From Mobula hypostoma (taxonomy: Eukaryota): 64,000 bases of DNA. The stretch lies in the NCBI RefSeq assembly GCF_963921235.1, contig NC_086097.1:33110001-33174000 (forward strand). The letters are read 5' to 3'. Below, piece after piece: positions 13,666-27,300 of this stretch. Both the position numbers and the translations under genes were made by a program. The stretch's first letter is position 1. Each line of letters opens with the position of its first letter. The notes beneath the pieces were generated by a model that was given only the letters and a program-made list of their open reading frames with translations, was not told where the DNA came from and made no database searches.

Positions 13666-14969
13666 TTGGATAAAAGAAAAAAAGGATAGGTATGGGGAAG
13701 TTATATTGATCTTGGTTAAAGGCTCAGCACAACATCATGGGTCAAAGGGCTGGTACTGTGCTATAATGTTCTATGTTGTATTTTTCTGCACTATGCACCA
13801 TCCCTTAGTATTACACACCATTCAGTCCCTTGAATATACTCCATTACTGAGATTCCTTAATCCTCCTGAGAAGGGAATTACAACCCTCTACCCTCTTGCT
13901 GAAGAAATTTCTCCTCCACCTCATTCCTGAATGGCTGACCACTGACCTTGAGACTGTGATCCCTGGTTCTGGCCAGGGGAAACATTATCCCCCCCTATGG
14001 GCTGGGAGTTCCCTTGCTGAGTCCAAACCCATTGCTGAGGTCAGTGCTGAAGGATTGTCTCTTTTTTTATTTGTATTGTATTTTGACATGGTGCTTTGAT
14101 ATAATTGATTGATTGCCTTTTCTGAGGGCATTTAAGAGGCAACTTCTCTGCTCACCAAATGTCTGAACTATTTATTGGATGAAACTATTGTGCAGACCAT
14201 TTAAAACGCTCTCCATCAGAACTTGATCCCACTTCAAAGAGCCAGTCTGTTGCCATTTCTAGCTGATTGCTGAAATTGAAACGTGTTTCAAGGTTGGAAT
14301 ATTTTGCAAAATGACACCGATAATCATTTGAGATTGTGAGTTACTGCTGCTTGGAAAATGTGTGAACTTGGCCCAATTACGCGTGATGAAATATTCCATC
14401 GGAGGCCTCACTCAGCAGAAATGCACGGTCTCTGTGGCAATATCGAATGTCTCTGGCAAGTTGCCCACGTGTGCGCCTGTCTTTCTGCCGCTCCTCTTTG
14501 CAACAAGGACTGCCATTAGATCGGGGAGGAATGAGCTAGAGCAGGTGCCATTTCATTTGTCAGGGTGATGCAAACTATGTCCCTTGCCTCGTTCCTCAGC
14601 TGCATTCCCTGTTTTCCATGCACTCAAATGAGAAAGCTTCTTGAATGCTAGCTATGTTAAAGAGTACAATCAATGTGTAAAACATTTGCCCATAAGAAGA
14701 GATTTGGTGCAAGTTTGTTTAGTTCCTGCTGTGTTCCTGCCTTGTAAGATGTGACTGTTCAGTACTTTGTGTATTCGTGTCTCAGTGGGTCAGACGTCTG
14801 CCTGTGAGTGAGGAGATGTCTGATGAGACCCATTCCACAGGCTTTAACTCAGAAGTTCACACCTACTTCCACAAATTTATTTACAATCCATAAATGTCAT
14901 GTCATATAAGTCAATGATAATAAATCTGACTCTCATTTCAATCTAAAAGAGAAGAGCTACCCTCATATC

Positions 14970-17900
14970 AGGCGAGGCAAAGTAGGTTTGGTTTTCAATT
15001 TTTCCTGTTATTTGAGGAAAGGGGGAAGTATGAGTGTGAGGGCAGCTTACTGTTCTCGGTGTCGGATGTGGGAGGTCCTGGAGTCTCCTAGCCTCCCGGT
15101 CGTTCGCATCTGTGCCAGGTGCCGCCGAGCTGCAGCTCCTAAGGGACCGTGTTAGGGAACTGCGGCTGCAGCTCAATGACCTTCGTCTGGTCAGGGAGAG
15201 TGAGGAGTTTATAGAGAAGAGTTATAGGCAGGTGGTCACACCGGACCCACGGGAGACAAGTGGGTCGTGGTTAGGAGAGGGAAGGGGAAGAGTCAGGTAT
15301 TAGAGAGTACCCCAGTGGCTGTACCCCTTGACAATAAGTACTCCTGTTTGAGTACTGTTGGGGGGGACAGCTTACCTGGGGGAAGCAACAGTGGCCATGC
15401 CTCCAGCACAGAGTCCGGCCCTGTAGCTCAGAAGGGTAGGGAAAGGAAGAGGAGAGCAGTAGTAATAGGGGACTCAATAGTTAGGGGGTCAGATAGGCAA
15501 TTCTGTGGACGTAGTCAGGAGACCCGGATGGTAGTTTGCCTCCCTGGTGCCAGGGTCCGGGATGTTTCTGATTGCGTCCAAGATATCCTAAAGTGGGAGG
15601 GTGAGGAGCTAGTCGTGGTACATATAGGTACCAATGACATAGGTAGGAAAGGGGAAGAGGTCCTGAAAGGAGAATATAGGGAGTTAGGAAGGGAGTTGAG
15701 AGGAACGACCGCAAAGGTAGTAATCTCGGGATTACTGCTTGTGCCACGCGGCAATGAGAGTAGGAATGGAATGAGGTGGAGGATAAATGTGTGGCTGAAG
15801 GATTGGAGCAGGGGGCAGGGATTCAAGATTCTGGATCATTGGGACCTCTTTTGGGGCAGGTATGACTTGTACAAAAAGGACAGGTTGCACTTGAATCCTA
15901 GGGGGACCAATATCCTGGCAGGGAGATTTGCGAAGGCTACTGGGAAGACTTTAAACTAGAATGGTTGGGGGGTGGGAATCAAATTGAAGAGCCTAGGAGA
16001 GAGGAGGTTAGTTCACAAATAGAGAAAGCTAGTAGACAGTGTGTGAGGGAGCATAGGCAGGTGACAGAGAAGGGGAGCGTTCATTCCGAAGATGTAGGGG
16101 AGAAGGAAGAAAAAGATAATAAAGTCGTTTGCACCATTAGGGATAAACAGAGAGTAAGAGGTGGAGAGTTTCTTAAATGCATCTATTTTAATGCTAGGAG
16201 CATTGTAAGAAAGGTGGATGAGCTTAGAGCATAGATTGATACCTGGAAATATTATGTTGTAGCTATTAATGAAACATGGTTGCAGGAGGGGTGTGATTGG
16301 CAACTAAATATTCCTGGATTTCGTTGCTTCAGGTGTGATAGAATCGGAGGGGCGAGAGGGGGATGTGTTGCATTGCTTGTCAGAGAAAATATTACAGTGG
16401 TGCTTTGGCAGGGTAGATTAGAGGGCTCATTTAGAGAAGCTATTTGGGTGGAATTGAGGAATGGGAAAGGTGTAGTAACACTTATAGGGGTGTATTATAG
16501 ACCACCTAATGGGGAGCGAGATTTGGAGGAGCAAATTTGTAAGGAGATAGCAGATATTTGTAGTAAGCACAAGGTTGTGGCCCATTCTGTAAAAGGTCTG
16601 GATGGTTTGGAGTTTGTAAAATGTGTGCAGGATAGTTTTTTGCAGCAATACATAGAGGTACCAACTAGAGAAAGGGCAGCGTTAGATCTTCTGTTAGGGA
16701 ATGAGATAGGTCAGGTGATGGAGGTATGTGTTGGGGAGCACTTCGGGTCCAGTGATCACAATGCCATTTGTTTCAATATAATTATGGAGAAGGATAGGAC
16801 TGGACCCAGGGTTGAGATTTTTGATTGGAGAAAGGCTAACTTTGAGGAGATGCAAAAGGATTTAGAAGGAGTGGATTGGGACAATTTGTTTTATGGGAAG
16901 GATGTAATAGAGAAATGGAGATCATTTAAAGGTGAAATTTTGAGGGTACAGAATCTTTATGTTCCTTTGAGTTGAAAGGAAAGGTTAAAAGTTTGAGAGA
17001 GCCATGGTTTTCAAGGGATATTGGAAACTTGGTTCGGAAAAAGAGAGAGATCTGCAATAAATATAGGAAGCATGGAGTAAATGAGTTGACCGAGGAATAT
17101 AAAGAATGTAAAAAGAATCGTAAGAAAGAGATTAGAAAAGCTAAAAGAAGATATCAGTTTGCTTTGGCAAGTAAGGTGAAAATAAATCCAAAGGGTTTCT
17201 ACAGTTATATTAATAACAAAAGGATAGTGAGGGAAAAAATTGGTCCCTTAGAGAATCAGAGTGGACAGCTATGTGCGGAGCCAAAAGAGATGGGGGAGAT
17301 TTTGAACAATTTCCTTTCTTCGGTATTCACTAAGGAGAAGGATATTGAATTGTATAAGCTGAGGGAAACAAGTAGGGTAGTTATGGAAACTATGATGATT
17401 AAAGAAGAGGAAGTACTGGCGCTTTTAAGGAATATAAAAGTGGATAAGTCTCTGGGTCCTGACAGGATATTCCCTCGGACCTTGAGGGAAATTAGTGTAG
17501 AAATAGCAGGGGCTTTGACAGAAATATTTCAAATGTCATTTGAAACTGGATGGTGCCGGAGGATTGGCGTATTGTTCAAGTGGTTTCATTGTTTAAAAAG
17601 GGTTCTAAGAGTAAACCTAGCAATTATCGACCTGTAAGTTGGACGTCAGTGGTGGGTAAATTAATGGAAAATATTCTTAGAGATGGTATATATAATTATT
17701 TGGATAGACAGGGTCTGATTAGGAACAGTCAACATGGATTTGTACGTGGAAGGTCATGTTTGACAAATCTTATTGAATTTTTTGAAGAAGTTACTAGGAA
17801 AATTGACGAGGGTAAAGCAGCGGATGTCTATTTGGACTTCAGTAAGGCCTTTGACAAGGTTCCACACGGAAGGTTAGTTAGGAAGGTTCAATCGTTAGGT

Positions 17901-19004
17901 ATTAATATTGAAGTAGTAAAATGGACTCAACAGTGGCTGGATGGGAGAGAGTAGTGGTGGATAACGGTTTGTCAGGTTGGAGGCCGGTGACTAGTGGTGT
18001 GCCTCAGGGATCTGTACTGGATCCATTGTTGTTTGTCATTTTCATTAATAATCTGGATGATGGGGTGGTAAATTGGATGAGTAAGTATTCAGATGATACT
18101 AAGATAGGTGGCGTTGTGGATAATGAAGTAGGTTTTCAAAGCTTGCAGAGAGATTTGGGCCAGTTAGAAGAGTGGGCTGAAAGATGGCAGATGGAGTTTA
18201 ATACTAATAAGTGTGAGGTTCTACATTTTGGTACGACTAATCAAAATAGGACATACATGGTAAATGGTAGGGCATTGAGGAATGCAGTAGAATGGAGGGA
18301 TCTGGGAATAATGGTGCATAGTTCCCTGAAGGTGGAATCTCATGTGGATAGGGTGGTGAAGAAAGCTTTTGGTATGCTGGCCTTTATAAATCAGAGCATT
18401 GAGTATAGGAGTTGGGATGTCATGTTAAAATTGTACAAGGCATTGGTAAGGCCAAATTTGGAGTATTGTGTACAGTTCTGGTCACCGAATTATAGGAAAG
18501 ATGTCAACAAAATAGAGACCGTACAGAGGAAATTTACTAGGATATTACCTGGGTTTCAGCACCAAGTTACAGAGAAAGGTTGAACAAGTTGGGACTTTAT
18601 TCTTTGGAGCGTAGAAGGTTGAGAGGGGACTTGATAGAGGTATTTAAAATTATGAGGGGGATAGATAGAGTTGACGTGGATAGGCTTTTTCCATTGGGAG
18701 TAGGGGAGTTTCAAACAAGAGGACATGAGTTGAGAGTTAAGGGGCAAAAGTTTAGGGGTAACACGAGGGGGAATTTCTTTACTCAGTAGCTGTGTGGAAC
18801 GAGCTTCCAGTAGAAGTGGTGGAGGCAGGTTCGATTTTGTCATTAAAAAAAAATTGGATAGGTATATGGACAGGAAAGGAATGGAGGTTTATGGGCTGAA
18901 TGCAGGTAGATGGGACTAGGTGAGAGTAAGCATTCGGCACTGACTAGAAGGGCCGAGATGGCCTGTTTCCATGCTGTAATTGTTATATAGTTATATGGTT
19001 ATAT
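14970..19004 (+). mobile_element. Near full-length CR1 LINE with frameshifted ORF1 and ORF2
   Basis: ORF1 zinc-finger/coiled-coil region from ~15030, SGNH ORF 15267-15959; ORF2 in fragments 15965-18789; tail (gttatat)n near 18982-19004. Confidence 0.93.
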
Positions 19005-19084
19005 CTTGTCTGATATATCACTATAGTGAAAACAAAAGGTCTGTTCAATATCACAGTTTTATATGTGAGATTTAGTTATAGCTG

Positions 19085-19455
19085 GAACATAGAATGATGC
19101 AGCACAGCACAGGTCCTGTGATCCAGGATTTTATGGCAATCTTTAACCTCCTCAACGGTCAATCTAGCCAATAACCCTCCATTTTACTTTCATCCATGTG
19201 CCTATCTAAGAGTTTTCTCAATGCCCCTAATGGATCTGCCTGCACTACTCCCCCTGCAGCATTTTCTTTGCACCCATCACTCTCTGTGTGAAAAAAACCT
19301 CCCTCTGACATCTCCCTAAATAACTTCCCTCCATTGCCACCTTGGTAAAAAAGTGCCTGCTGTCTGCTTCCCGTGTGCCTCTTATAATCTGGTACACCTC
19401 TGTCAAGTCACCTCTCATCTTCCATTGCCCCAAAAGAAAGCTCCAGCTTGCATCA
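19085..19455 (-). mobile_element. Degenerate CR1 3' fragment
   Basis: ORF remnant KMRGDLTEVYQIIRG...FFTQRV; aacatagaa tail. Confidence 0.7.
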
Positions 19456-19694
19456 ATCCCATGACATGCTGGTCACCAAAAAATAGGCCTCGAATTCTGG
19501 TTTGCAGTTAAAGCATTGTACATATGTTGTATTACGCACAACTCTGTGACATTTATTCATTGGTGGTGTAAGTAAAAGAATCAGAGAAACAAGGACAACT
19601 ATTTTAATAACTAGATTGCATTCTGATCCTTGATGTACAGTATGAGCATGTTGCATTTTGGACTGAAGGGCCTGTTCCTGTGTTTTACAGAGAG

Positions 19695-20160
19695 CCCATA
19701 AGACCATAAGATATAGGAGCATAAGTAGGCCATTTGGCCTTTCGAGTCTGCTCCGCCATTCAATCATGGGCTGATCCAATTCTTCCCGTCATCCCCACTC
19801 CCCTGCTTTCACCCCATACTCTATGACACCCTGGCTAATCAAGAACCTATGTATCTTTGCCTTAAATGCACCAAATGACTTGGCCTCCACAGACGCTCGT
19901 GGCAACAAATTCCACAGATTTACCACCCTCTGACTAAAGTAATTTCTCCGCATCTCAGTTCTAAAAGGACGTCCTTCAATCCTGAAGTTGTACCCTCTTG
20001 TCCAAGAATCCTCTACTCTGGGAAATAACTTTGCCATATCTAATCTGTTCAGGTCTTTTAACATTCTGAATGTTTCTGTGAGATCCCCCCTCATTCTCCT
20101 GAACTCCAGGCCCAAGAGCTGCCAGACGTTCCTCGTACAGTAACCTTTTCATTGCTGGAA
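19695..20160 (-). mobile_element. CR1 3' fragment related to 4685-8299
   Basis: ccataagaccataagatatagg tail; ORF LEFRRMRGDLTETFRMLK...RTEMRRNYFSQRVV. Confidence 0.9.
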
Positions 20161-20429
20161 AGAGGAAGGATAAGTGAGAGAAGCAGATAGAAGGAGGGAA
20201 GACTGATGTGGAATATTAGCCCCAGCACAAGCTACCTGGAGCCTTCAATGTACATTCTTGTGGAGTTCTCTGTAGCATAGGTTTTATTTTCAGAAAGTGA
20301 ATGAAATTCTGACATAAATTCAAGCAATTCTGCAAATGCTAGAAATCTTCAGCAGTACTCACAGAATGCTGGAGGAGCTCAACAAGTCAGGAAGCATCCA
20401 TTAAGGGGAATAAACATTATTACATTAAG

Positions 20430-21015
20430 TTACAATGAGAAATGTAAATCATAAATAAGTAGTGGAAAAAGAGAACAAAATACTGAGGTAGTGCTCATGG
20501 GTTCTGGACTGTTCAAAAATCAGACGGGAAGCAATTGTTCCTAAAGTGTTCAGTGTGTGTCTTCAGGCTCCTATACCTCCTCCCTGATGGTAGTAATGAG
20601 AAGAAGGCACATGCTGAATGGTGATGTCCCTAACGATGGATGCCTCCATCTTGACACACCACCTTATAAAGATGTCCGTGATCGTGGAGAAGGTCATTTC
20701 CATGATGAAGCTGGATGAGTTTACAACCCTCTGCAGCTTTTTCCAATCCTGTTCTCGAATCAATCTGTATATCACAAATCATTTCCTCAGTATAGCAACA
20801 GTACAACCACCTTGCACAACAATAGACATTTTTTGTTCTAATTGTGTTCTGTCTTGTAAACAAAAATTGTGTATAATTTAAGTTTAATGTGTTTTCTTGT
20901 GAATACTGCTTGTCTGATGCTATGTGCCTGTGATGCTGCTGCAAGTAGGTTTATTCAGTGCATTTATGCATGCATGGTCTTGTGCACATGACATCAAACT
21001 TGATTTTGACTTTGA
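20430..21015. mobile_element. Two Rex1-like 3' fragments (minus ~20430-20750; plus tail ~20760-21015)
   Basis: Similar to 3160-3860 and the reverse complement of 8620-8790. Confidence 0.6.
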
Positions 21016-21396
21016 TAAAACTTGAAATGCAGAATTGCAGTCTTGCTCTTATTTTCTGAATTTCAATGTTTCCCTTCTCCGTCCTCTGTGATGAAGGAGC
21101 CTCAGCTTGTCAGGATAAACTTTGATTGGGGATCAGGCTATAAATGCACTATACTTCCATGATTTGTTTAAATAGTTCTTAGGAACTGAGTCTCAACAAT
21201 TAGAAACTGATGTTATGTGGACTTAAGAACTTATCATCACATTATATTAAAAACAATTGCAGATTCTGAAAATGCTCAACCGGTCAGGCAGTGTCTGTGG
21301 AAAAAGAAATGGAGCTGATGTTTCAGATCAACCAACTCTTGTTGGCACCCTTCACCACAATACATTAAATGTTTGATATTTTTTTAAAACTTACAG

Positions 21397-21513
21397 CGGC
21401 AGCTACGGCCTGTGTCAGATAACAACACCGAGGTTAAAAGCAGGACATCCTCTGGCAAGGAAAGACCAAGCGAAGGACAAAGATTAAACACTTTTAGACT
21501 AACCATGGAGGAG
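21397..21513 (+). CDS. TTLL5: TTLL5 exon, phase 0 to 0: RQLRPVSDNNTEVKSRTSSGKERPSEGQRLNTFRLTMEE
   Basis: ttacag acceptor, gtgagt donor; 117 nt; resembles recalled QRCRPLSASDAEMK...LGLSMEE; joins directly to the IKVVRR exon. Confidence 0.88.
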
Positions 21514-22224
21514 GTGAGTAACTGAGAAAAGTGCACAGCATTCAGAGGTCTGTGCTGTAAGGAACCAAACTGAAGGTACTGTATATGAAGAAGTTGATTT
21601 TAAGTGCATGCCAGTGATTATTGGTTGCAATGCAAACCATGGTATAACCCAGCCTGGGCATGCTAAATAGCAGAGGGAACTTTGATTCAAATTAGAGAGT
21701 AGATGAATTTTGCAAAGTTGTGAATTTGTATATCCAGTAGACATTTGGTCTATCTGGGGGTCAGTGCTAAAGGAGTGCCGTTCTGTTGGATATGTTGTCA
21801 TTTAGGAATCACACCATGGCCTTGCCTGGAAGTTCAGTTGGCTGTAGAAGATCTCTACACATCTCTTTAAGCCGTGTAGACAGTTTCTTCTAGTAACCTT
21901 GCCCATTCCACTCCTAGCCGCCACCACTAAAGCCATGCTATTTGCCTTGGTGCTACTTACAGAGTCCTGCTGCGTGTACCTTTCTATAGAAATAGGAAAC
22001 AAATATGCTCAATAAGCTTTCAGTGCAGGTAACTACTGCTGGGACAAATCTATCTGCTCCAAATGTGAAAATCAATTGAGGGATGTGGGGGAAGATGGGT
22101 GGAAGTGATAAAAGAATTCATATCATTTTATCTTGTTCATATCATATTCCTTTAAGTTCCATAATAGACAAGGCCTCATGCCATACCTGTTGGCCCTACC
22201 TTTTCTCATTAACCCAGCAACATG

Positions 22225-22490
22225 GTAGCAGCACAGTAGCATAGCAGTTCGTGTAATGCTTTAAAGCACCAGTGATCCAGGTTCAGTTCCTGCCTCTGAC
22301 TGTAAGGAGTTTGTACGTTCTCCCTGTGACTGCATGGGTTTTCTCCGGGCGCTCCAGTTTCCTCCCATATTTGAAAGACATATGGATTAGTTGCTTAATT
22401 GGTCACATGGGTGTAATTGGGTGATGCAGGCTCGTTGGGCCAGAAGGGCCATTACCAAGTTGGATTGTATCGTTAAATAAAAATAAACAA
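22225..22490 (+). mobile_element. V-SINE-like element
   Basis: A/B-box-like head, ggagtttgtacgttctccctgtgactgcatgggttttctccgggcgctccagtttcctccc body, A-rich tail. Confidence 0.75.
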
Positions 22491-22720
22491 TCTCCTTTCT
22501 CTCTCCTGAATCTTGGTACTTGAACCCTTTCGGCATAAATAAGGCTGGTTAATCCCCGGATTTCGGCCCACACTGACCATCAGGTACCTCCCAATAAAAA
22601 TTCCGTGTACTAGCGTTCTGTGCACAGCCTCTGGTGCTGCAACCCCCCAGTCTCCTGTGTGCTGTCCTCCTGCACTGCACCTCTACTTTCTGTCATTCTG
22701 ATACCTCATTCTCTCCACAG

Positions 22721-22812
22721 ATAAAAGTTGTGCGTCGTACAATGGAAGAAAATGAGAGAAAAGGGGGTTTCATACGAATCTTTCCAACGGTTGACAACTG
22801 GGAATCTTATGG
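22721..22812 (+). CDS. TTLL5: TTLL5 exon, phase 0 to 2: [30 protein letters not shown](G)
   Basis: ctctccacag acceptor, gtgagg donor; 92 nt; contains the TTLL glutamylase R(K/R)GGFIRIFP motif, close to TTLL5 [23 protein letters not shown]. Confidence 0.95.
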
Positions 22813-23224
22813 GTGAGGCCAGCAAAGATGCTCAGATGTTTTCTGCAGAGGAAATGTGTAGTTGTGAAAACCTTTGTTTACCCATTTCTTTCCATGTGTA
22901 ATGACAGGTTTGGTATTCTAAGGTCAGAGATGAAATGGGGCAAGCTCACATGGATCAGTGGATGCATTATTGTGGTTCAAATGGACCTCGATCTACCCAA
23001 GCATTAGCTTATTTCCCATCTTGGAGGAATCTGTTAGGTTGGGTTTGTCATGCTGATTGCTTAAGCTGGAGCTACAGTACATGGCTAGTGCTCTGCTCTC
23101 ACAGGAAGAATCCTAGCAATGTCAACATGACCTCAGTAGACCTTGATGTCCTTGGTAGTGAGTCCACCATTCCCAATAGGACTACGTAAGACCCCATACC
23201 ATACTGATTGGGTTAACTATTGAA

Positions 23225-23560
23225 TAGATATACTTTATTGATCCCGAGGGAAATTGGGTTTCGTTGCAGCCGCACCAACCAAGAATAGAGCATAAATATA
23301 TCAATACAAAAACCACGAACAATCAAACAACAAAATGCAAACTATGCCAGATGGAAATAAGTTCAGGACCAGCCTATTGGCTCAGGGTGTCTGACCCTCC
23401 ACGGGAGCAGCTGCAGAGTTCGATGGCCATAGGCAGGAACAACCTCCCATGACGCCCAGTGTTGTATCTCAGTGGAATATGGCCAGAGTCCAACAGCAAA
23501 AAGTTCAATATCCGGTCTACAAGCACGTTCCTCGATCGTAATATGACCTGGATTGCACCC
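23225..23560 (-). mobile_element. Rex1-like LINE 3' end
   Basis: Homologous to 10300-10630; (gata)n tail. Confidence 0.65.
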
Positions 23561-23783
23561 GGAATGAATCGGAAGTGAGTGAGGAAACTATCTGATCCAG
23601 ATAGAGGGGATATCCAGCACTATGTCCTCAAAGAGGGGCAGTAAAGTCCATCAAGACACGTATGAAGAAGGATTAAAAATGGAGTGCCAGTAGTGAGCCC
23701 CGCCAGGAGACCCATGATTAGACATGAGAATTATTGCTTTCTGTCCTGTTCTTGTCTTAACATTGTCTCTTACTGATCCACAG

Positions 23784-23852
23784 GCAATTTCTGGAGCATA
23801 AAACTACCCTGAACTACATGTTGGCAGAGTGTCTATTTGCAGACAAGCAAGG
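23784..23852 (+). CDS. TTLL5: TTLL5 exon, phase 2 to 2: (G)QFLEHKTTLNYMLAECLFADKQ(G)
   Basis: ccacag acceptor, gtatgt donor; 69 nt; matches recalled [20 protein letters not shown]. Confidence 0.93.
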
Positions 23853-23954
23853 GTATGTTTGGGGGAGAAAGTGAATGTTTACAGGCTTCCTACTGACCTC
23901 ATTTGTTTACTGTCCTCAATGGGCACAGGTTTCCTTCTTCTGGAGGTTCAGCCT

Positions 23955-26900
23955 CACCAGGATTGAGTCATAAGGAAACACTAGGGAGGTTGGGACTATT
24001 TTCCCTGGAGCATAAAAGGTTGAGGGGTACCCTCATGGAGGTTTATAAAATCATGAGGGACATAGATGTTTTAGATTATTACAGTGCTTTTTGCAAGGGA
24101 GGGGAGTCTTAAACTAGACTCCCTTTGTGCATAGCTTTGTATGCAGTAGGTTGTGTCTTGGCAATCTTATAGAATTTTTCTACAAGATTTTCTCTAATTT
24201 TATAAAATTAGGTGATGAAGGCAAGATAGTCAATATTGTCTATGTGGACTTCAGCAAGACCTAGATCCTACATTGGAAGTTAGTCAAGAAGGTTTGGTTG
24301 CTTGGCATTTAAGTTGAGGTAGTAAATTGGGTTGGACATTGGCCTCATGGAAGGATCCAGAGAGTGGTAGTACATGGTTGCCTCTCTGACTGGAGACCTG
24401 TGGCTAGTGGTGTGCCACAGGGATCGGTGCTGGGTGTGTTGTTGTTTGCCATCTATATCAATGATCTAGATAATGTGGTAAACTGACTTAGCAAATTTGT
24501 GCTTGACACCAAGATTGGAGGTGTAGTGAACTGCAACGAAGGTGATCAAAGCTTGCAGCAGGATCTGGATCAACTGGAAAATTAGGCTGAAAATGGTAGA
24601 TGGAATATGATGTAGATCAGTATGAGGTGTTGCACTTTGGGAGGACCAACCAGGATAGATCTTGCACGGTGAGTGGTACAGCATTGAGGAGCGCGGTAGA
24701 GCAAAGAGACTTGGGAATACAGATCCATAATTCCTTGAAAGTGGCATCACAGGTAGAGGAGTGTTGCAAAAAGAGCCTTTGGCACATTGGCCTTCATATA
24801 TCAAAGTATTGAGCACAGCAGTTGGGATGTAATGTTGAAGTTGAATTAGGCATTGGTGAGGCTTTATTTATATTCTGTGCAATTCTAGTCACCTGTCTAC
24901 AGGAAAGATGTTTTTACGATTAAAAGAGTGCAGGGAAAATTTACAAGGATTTTGTTGGAACTTGAGAACCTGAGTTATAGGTTAGGACTGCATTCCCTAG
25001 AGTGTAGGAGAACGTGGGAAGATTTGATAGAAGTATACAAAATTATGAGGGTTATAAATACAAGCAGGCTTTTTTCATTGAGGTTGGGTGAGACTAGAAC
25101 TAGGTGAAATGTTTAATAGGAACAACAAAAGGAGGAAATTTCTTCACTTAGAGGATGTTCAGAGTGTGTCAGAGGAAGTAGTGGATGCGAGGTTGATTTC
25201 AACATTTCAGAGAAATTTGGATATGTACAAGGATGGGAGGGTTTGGAGAGCTATAGTTGGGCGCAGCTTGATGGGGCAAGGCAGATTATTGGTTAGGCAT
25301 GGAATAGTTCAGTTACCCCGAAGGGCCTTTTTCTGTGCTATAGTGTTCTATGACTCTAGAGGAGCATAGTTTTACGGTAATAGTGGAAAATTTTAAAGGA
25401 GATCAGAGAATTCTTATACTTAAAAGACTTTTGGACATGTACATGGATAGCAAAGCTTTAGAGCAGGGGTTCCCAACCTGGGGTCCATGGTTAATGGTAG
25501 GGGACACAACATAAAAACGGTTTGGAGGGATATGAGCCAAACATGGGTAAATGAACTAGCTTTGACTGTATTCTTAGTTGGAAGGAGGAACCGGCTAGGG
25601 GCTTTTTTCCCTGCTTCCTAACTCCATGTCAAAGTTTCATCCTCCTGCTAAGCCAATTTTGTATCCAGTCTACTAGCTCACCCTGGACCCTATGCCAACT
25701 TCTGGACCAGCTTATTATGAGGAACATGTCAAAAGCCTTGCTAAAATCCATGTAGATAATGTCCACTGACACCCTCTTGGTCACCTCTTTAAGAAAGACT
25801 TACTTGAATTTGTGAGATGAGATTCTTTATGCATAGAGCCATACCAACTATCCCCAGTCAGCCCCTAGCCTTTTCAAATGTTGCAAGGTCCCATCTCTAA
25901 GAGTCCTGCTCCAGTAACTTTCTCATCTCTGATGTTAGGCTAATCAATCTGTGGTTCCCTCACTTGTCCTTACAGCCTTCCTTAAGTAAAGGAACAACAT
26001 TAGCCACCGTCCAATCTTCTAGAATCTCACTGACAGCTAAGGAAGATACAAAATTCTCTGTAAGGGCCCCTGCATTTTCTTCCTGGGATATACTAAGTCA
26101 GGCCCCAGGGATTTATTCACTTTTATGCACCTCAAGACTGCCAGCACCTCCTCTTTCATAATATTGTTATCTTTCCGTATATCACTATTCTCTTCCTTTA
26201 ATTCTTTAAGCCTCCGTAAATCTTTCCAAAATAATAAAACATAGAACATAGCACAGTATAGTACAGGCCCTTCGGCCCACAATGTTGTGCCAACCTTTCA
26301 ACCTACTCTCAGATCAATCTAACCCTTCCCTCCTACATAGCACTCTATTTTTCTATCATCCGTGAGCCTATCTAAGAGTTTCTTAAATAGTAACTGTATT
26401 TATAGCACACTTTTCATTCAGATGATGTAGTTCAAAGTACTTTACGGTGGGATAAAAGCACAAACATGAAAATAAAATAAAAAATAAAAATAAATGTGAA
26501 AATAAAAGACAAAAAGATGTCAGTTAAAAGCAAGGTTAAATGAATAGGTTTTGAGTTGGTGTTTAAAAGTGTCAACAGAATCTGCATCCCTTACGGTTTT
26601 AGGTATTGAATTACACAGTTTAGGAGCATAGTTCAAAAAAACTGACCTGCCAATTATCTTTTGAGAGAGATTGTTTAAATTTAAGAGATCAGCGGGAGAA
26701 GACCTGAGAGCTCAAGCAGGATTATAAAATGCTAAAGGTTCTATGATGTGCTCTGGTCCCATAGCAGTGCTCTGAATGAGTTGGAAGTTTGTCAATAGGG
26801 TTAAATGCCCCTAATATACCTGTGTCTGTGCCACCCCTGGTAGGTGCACTCACCACTCTCTGTAAAAAAAATGCTTCTGACATTCCCCTATACTTTCCTC

Positions 26901-27300
26901 CAATCACCTCGAACTTATGCTGCTTGTATTAGCCATTTCCACCCTTGGAAAAAGCCTCTGGCTATACACTCAAAGCTTCTTATCATCTTGTACACATCTA
27001 TCATCACCTTTCATCCTCCTTTGCTTCAGAGAGGAAAGCCTTAGCTCGCTCAATTTATCTTCAAAAGGCATGCTCGCCAATCCAGGCAATTTCCTGGTAA
27101 ATCTCCTCTGCACCTTCTCTAAAGTTTCCACATTCTTTCTATAATGAGGCAACCAAAACTCAACACAATACTCCAAGTGTAGTCTAATCTGAGTTTCATA
27201 GAACTGCAACATTACCTCAGGGTTCTTGAACTCAGTTCTCCAACTAATGAAGACCAGTACACCATACACTTTCTTAACTGCACTATCAACTTTCTGTCTA
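23955..27300. mobile_element. Cluster of degenerate CR1 fragments (plus ~23955-25625; minus ~25630-26390 and ~26830-27300)
   Basis: Remnant ORFs LGLFSLEHKRLRG, EVLHFGRTNQ, KSLGPD, HLEYCVEFWLPHYRK. Confidence 0.7.

Noticed and set aside
20313..21345. Further Penelope-type terminal fragments at ~20313-20415 and ~21255-21345 as ribozymes
   Set aside because: Too degenerate or truncated; no hammerhead core is recognisable.
23847..23852. Alternative GC donor (AA/GCAAGG) 6 nt upstream of the GT donor
   Set aside because: Frame-compatible but a weak context for a GC donor, with no supporting evidence.
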